11,113 nucleotides of DNA, from contig JAZDGU010000031.1 of NCBI GenBank assembly GCA_043806595.1, forward strand, positions 1 to 11,113. Direction: 5' to 3'. Below, piece by piece: positions 10,005-11,113 of this stretch. This DNA is from Candidatus Micrarchaeota archaeon. GTDB taxonomy: Archaea; Micrarchaeota; Micrarchaeia; Norongarragalinales; SBBD01. Below the pieces are notes generated by a model that was not told the origin of the DNA, did no database searches, and saw nothing but the letters and a program-made list of their open reading frames with translations. Position 1 is the first letter of the stretch. Every line of letters begins with the position of its first letter. The position numbers and the translations under genes were made by a program.

Positions 10005-10337
10005 TCAAATTACCTCTATTTTTTGAGTCAAATCCTTCAACCACAGTAAAACTTTCTTGAACGCTTCCTTGCCTTCGTCCGTAATCCGATACTCTGTCGC
10101 TTTCCTTCTTCCATCTGTTTCTTTCTTTTTAGAAATGTATCTTCTTTTTTCCAATGCTTTAAGATTGAAAAAGAGGATTCCGTCGCCCATTTCGAGGCCA
10201 GCTTTCAAATCCCGGTAACGGGCAACCTCGCCGTTGAGTGGATATAGGGCGGACAATATTTGAAGCCTTGGCAAAGTAAGAAGGTCTGCGTCTAGCTCCT
10301 TGGCACTCTTAATCGGTTCTAGCGAGTTAAGCACCAC
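10005..10337 (-). CDS. Winged-helix transcriptional regulator (ArsR/MarR-like, HTH_34 type)
   Basis: PRLQILSAL...YRDLKAGLEMGDGILFFNLKALEKRRYI...TEYRITDEGKEAF. Its stop directly abuts the next ATG. Confidence 0.85.
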   Translation of the reverse strand: MVLNSLEPIKSAKELDADLLTLPRLQILSALYPLNGEVARYRDLKAGLEMGDGILFFNLKALEKRRYISKKKETDGRRKATEYRITDEGKEAFKKVLLWLKDLTQKIEVI

Positions 10338-10358
10338 AGACTATTCAATCTGAATGGG

Positions 10359-10415
10359 TATATATACTTTCTTATTAACTTTGATGATTTAGTTTGAAAA
10401 GCAAAGCTTAATTAA
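10359..10415. promoter_or_regulatory. Divergent archaeal promoters
   Basis: Minus strand: GAAAG-TATATATA (10359-10371), ~22 nt before the GTG at 10337. Plus strand: GAAAAGCAAAG-CTTTAATTAA ahead of the ATG at 10448. Confidence 0.55.
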
Positions 10416-10447
10416 ATTGAATCGCGTTACCTGTTGATGGTGTTCCA

Positions 10448-10768
10448 ATGACAAAAGGAGACGATAATGCTGCTTTGTATCTGTTTCTTGTTGCCTTTGT
10501 TGTTTTGGCTGCCGTGTTTGTATTAGAAATTGTCTTTGCTCTTTCAATCATCGCCTCAATATTCGGGCTTATCATTTTGATTTACGGGCTTGTGACTGGC
10601 TCAGAACAGGAAGGCTCCCCGGTCTTATTCAGTTTGGCACTATTTTTTGGTGGGGGACTAATTGCGCTCGGGTTAGCGAGCTTTATACCCAGCTTGAAGT
10701 CGTCCGTTGTATATCAGCTTGCTCAAAACGTGACGAACATTATCCCGCTTAGAGTCTTAGTCAAGTAA
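10448..10768 (+). CDS. Small integral membrane protein of unknown function (2-3 TM helices)
   Basis: Long hydrophobic segments at about aa 8-49 and aa 58-80. SD-like GATGGTG upstream. Confidence 0.75.
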   Translation: MTKGDDNAALYLFLVAFVVLAAVFVLEIVFALSIIASIFGLIILIYGLVTGSEQEGSPVLFSLALFFGGGLIALGLASFIPSLKSSVVYQLAQNVTNIIPLRVLVK

Positions 10769-10972
10769 TTATTTTCTCAGCTTCCTTCGTCATTCTCCAA
10801 ACTGGACAATCTATTTATTCTCCCCTGCGTCCAGGCCACCTGCCAAAGGTGGTCAACGAAATAACGCGAAATTGAATTGAAAATAGCCAAAGGAAGTCCG
10901 ACAATCGGGCGTTAAGGGCAGCGGTTTAACGCCTTGTTCGGGCGTCAGACCTACTGCGTACTGTGGGTTAGA

Positions 10973-11113
10973 CGCCCTGGGCAGGACTCGAACCTGCGGC
11001 CTGCGGATTTCTGTCGCAAGAGCTTCCCTCTGCGCTGGCCTTAACAGTTTCGGCTATGCGAGTTGACTTAAACCATCAACGGGCAATCCGCCGCTCTGCC
11101 AGCTGAGCTACCA
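10973..11113 (-). tRNA. tRNA-Asn(GTT) with two introns (11049-11087 at position 30/31; 11009-11041 at 37/38); first 4 nt lie outside the window
   Basis: D arm GCTC-AGCTGGCA-GAGC, T arm GCAGG-TTCGAGT-CCTGC, acceptor 3' strand CCAGGGC-G73. Removing both BHB-bounded inserts gives the anticodon arm GCGGA-CTGTTAA-TCCGC. G73 fits Asn. Confidence 0.88.

Larger units (their letters stand above)
9027..10983. mobile_element. tRNA-Asn-anchored genomic islet without integrase
   Basis: Flanking 11-bp direct repeat, abrupt drop in GC, toxin-antitoxin cargo. Confidence 0.65.

Noticed and set aside
10765..10905. Short minus-strand ORFs between the membrane gene and the tRNA, as a possible integrase remnant
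   Set aside because: Under 45 codons, with no recognisable recombinase motif or convincing start.
10860..10972. tRNA-associated HDV-like (theta) ribozyme in the trailer
   Set aside because: I could not build the nested double pseudoknot, and there is no G at the expected cleavage position after the tRNA 3' end.
11081..11086. Reading the tRNA as Gly(GCC) with one long intron
   Set aside because: Would need C at position 37, gives no BHB helix with the intron 3' end, and conflicts with G73. The two-intron Asn model gives perfect 4-bp central helices.

Overview
Archaeal, GC-rich window; a DPANN/Micrarchaeota-like lineage is my inference from the class III signal peptide, TATA/BRE promoters, CDC48 and BHB-intron tRNA. 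In order: a small class III signal (pilin-like) gene, then a trans-polyprenyl diphosphate synthase interrupted by a 466-aa LAGLIDADG intein inserted just before the first DDxxD motif, with an extra HTH-like domain inside the intein. Next come an AbrB/VapC toxin-antitoxin pair and CDC48/VCP. A minus-strand operon follows: lipoprotein, class I fumarate hydratase alpha, an unknown gene with a possible ADP-ribosyltransferase fold, and fumarate hydratase beta. After that is an AT-rich ~1.9 kb integrase-less islet (wHTH regulator, Panacea/SocA-like antitoxin, MazF, membrane protein) bounded by an 11-bp direct repeat of a tRNA 3' end. The window ends in that tRNA, which decodes as tRNA-Asn(GTT) with two introns (30/31 and 37/38) and its anticodon on a 7-nt micro-exon.
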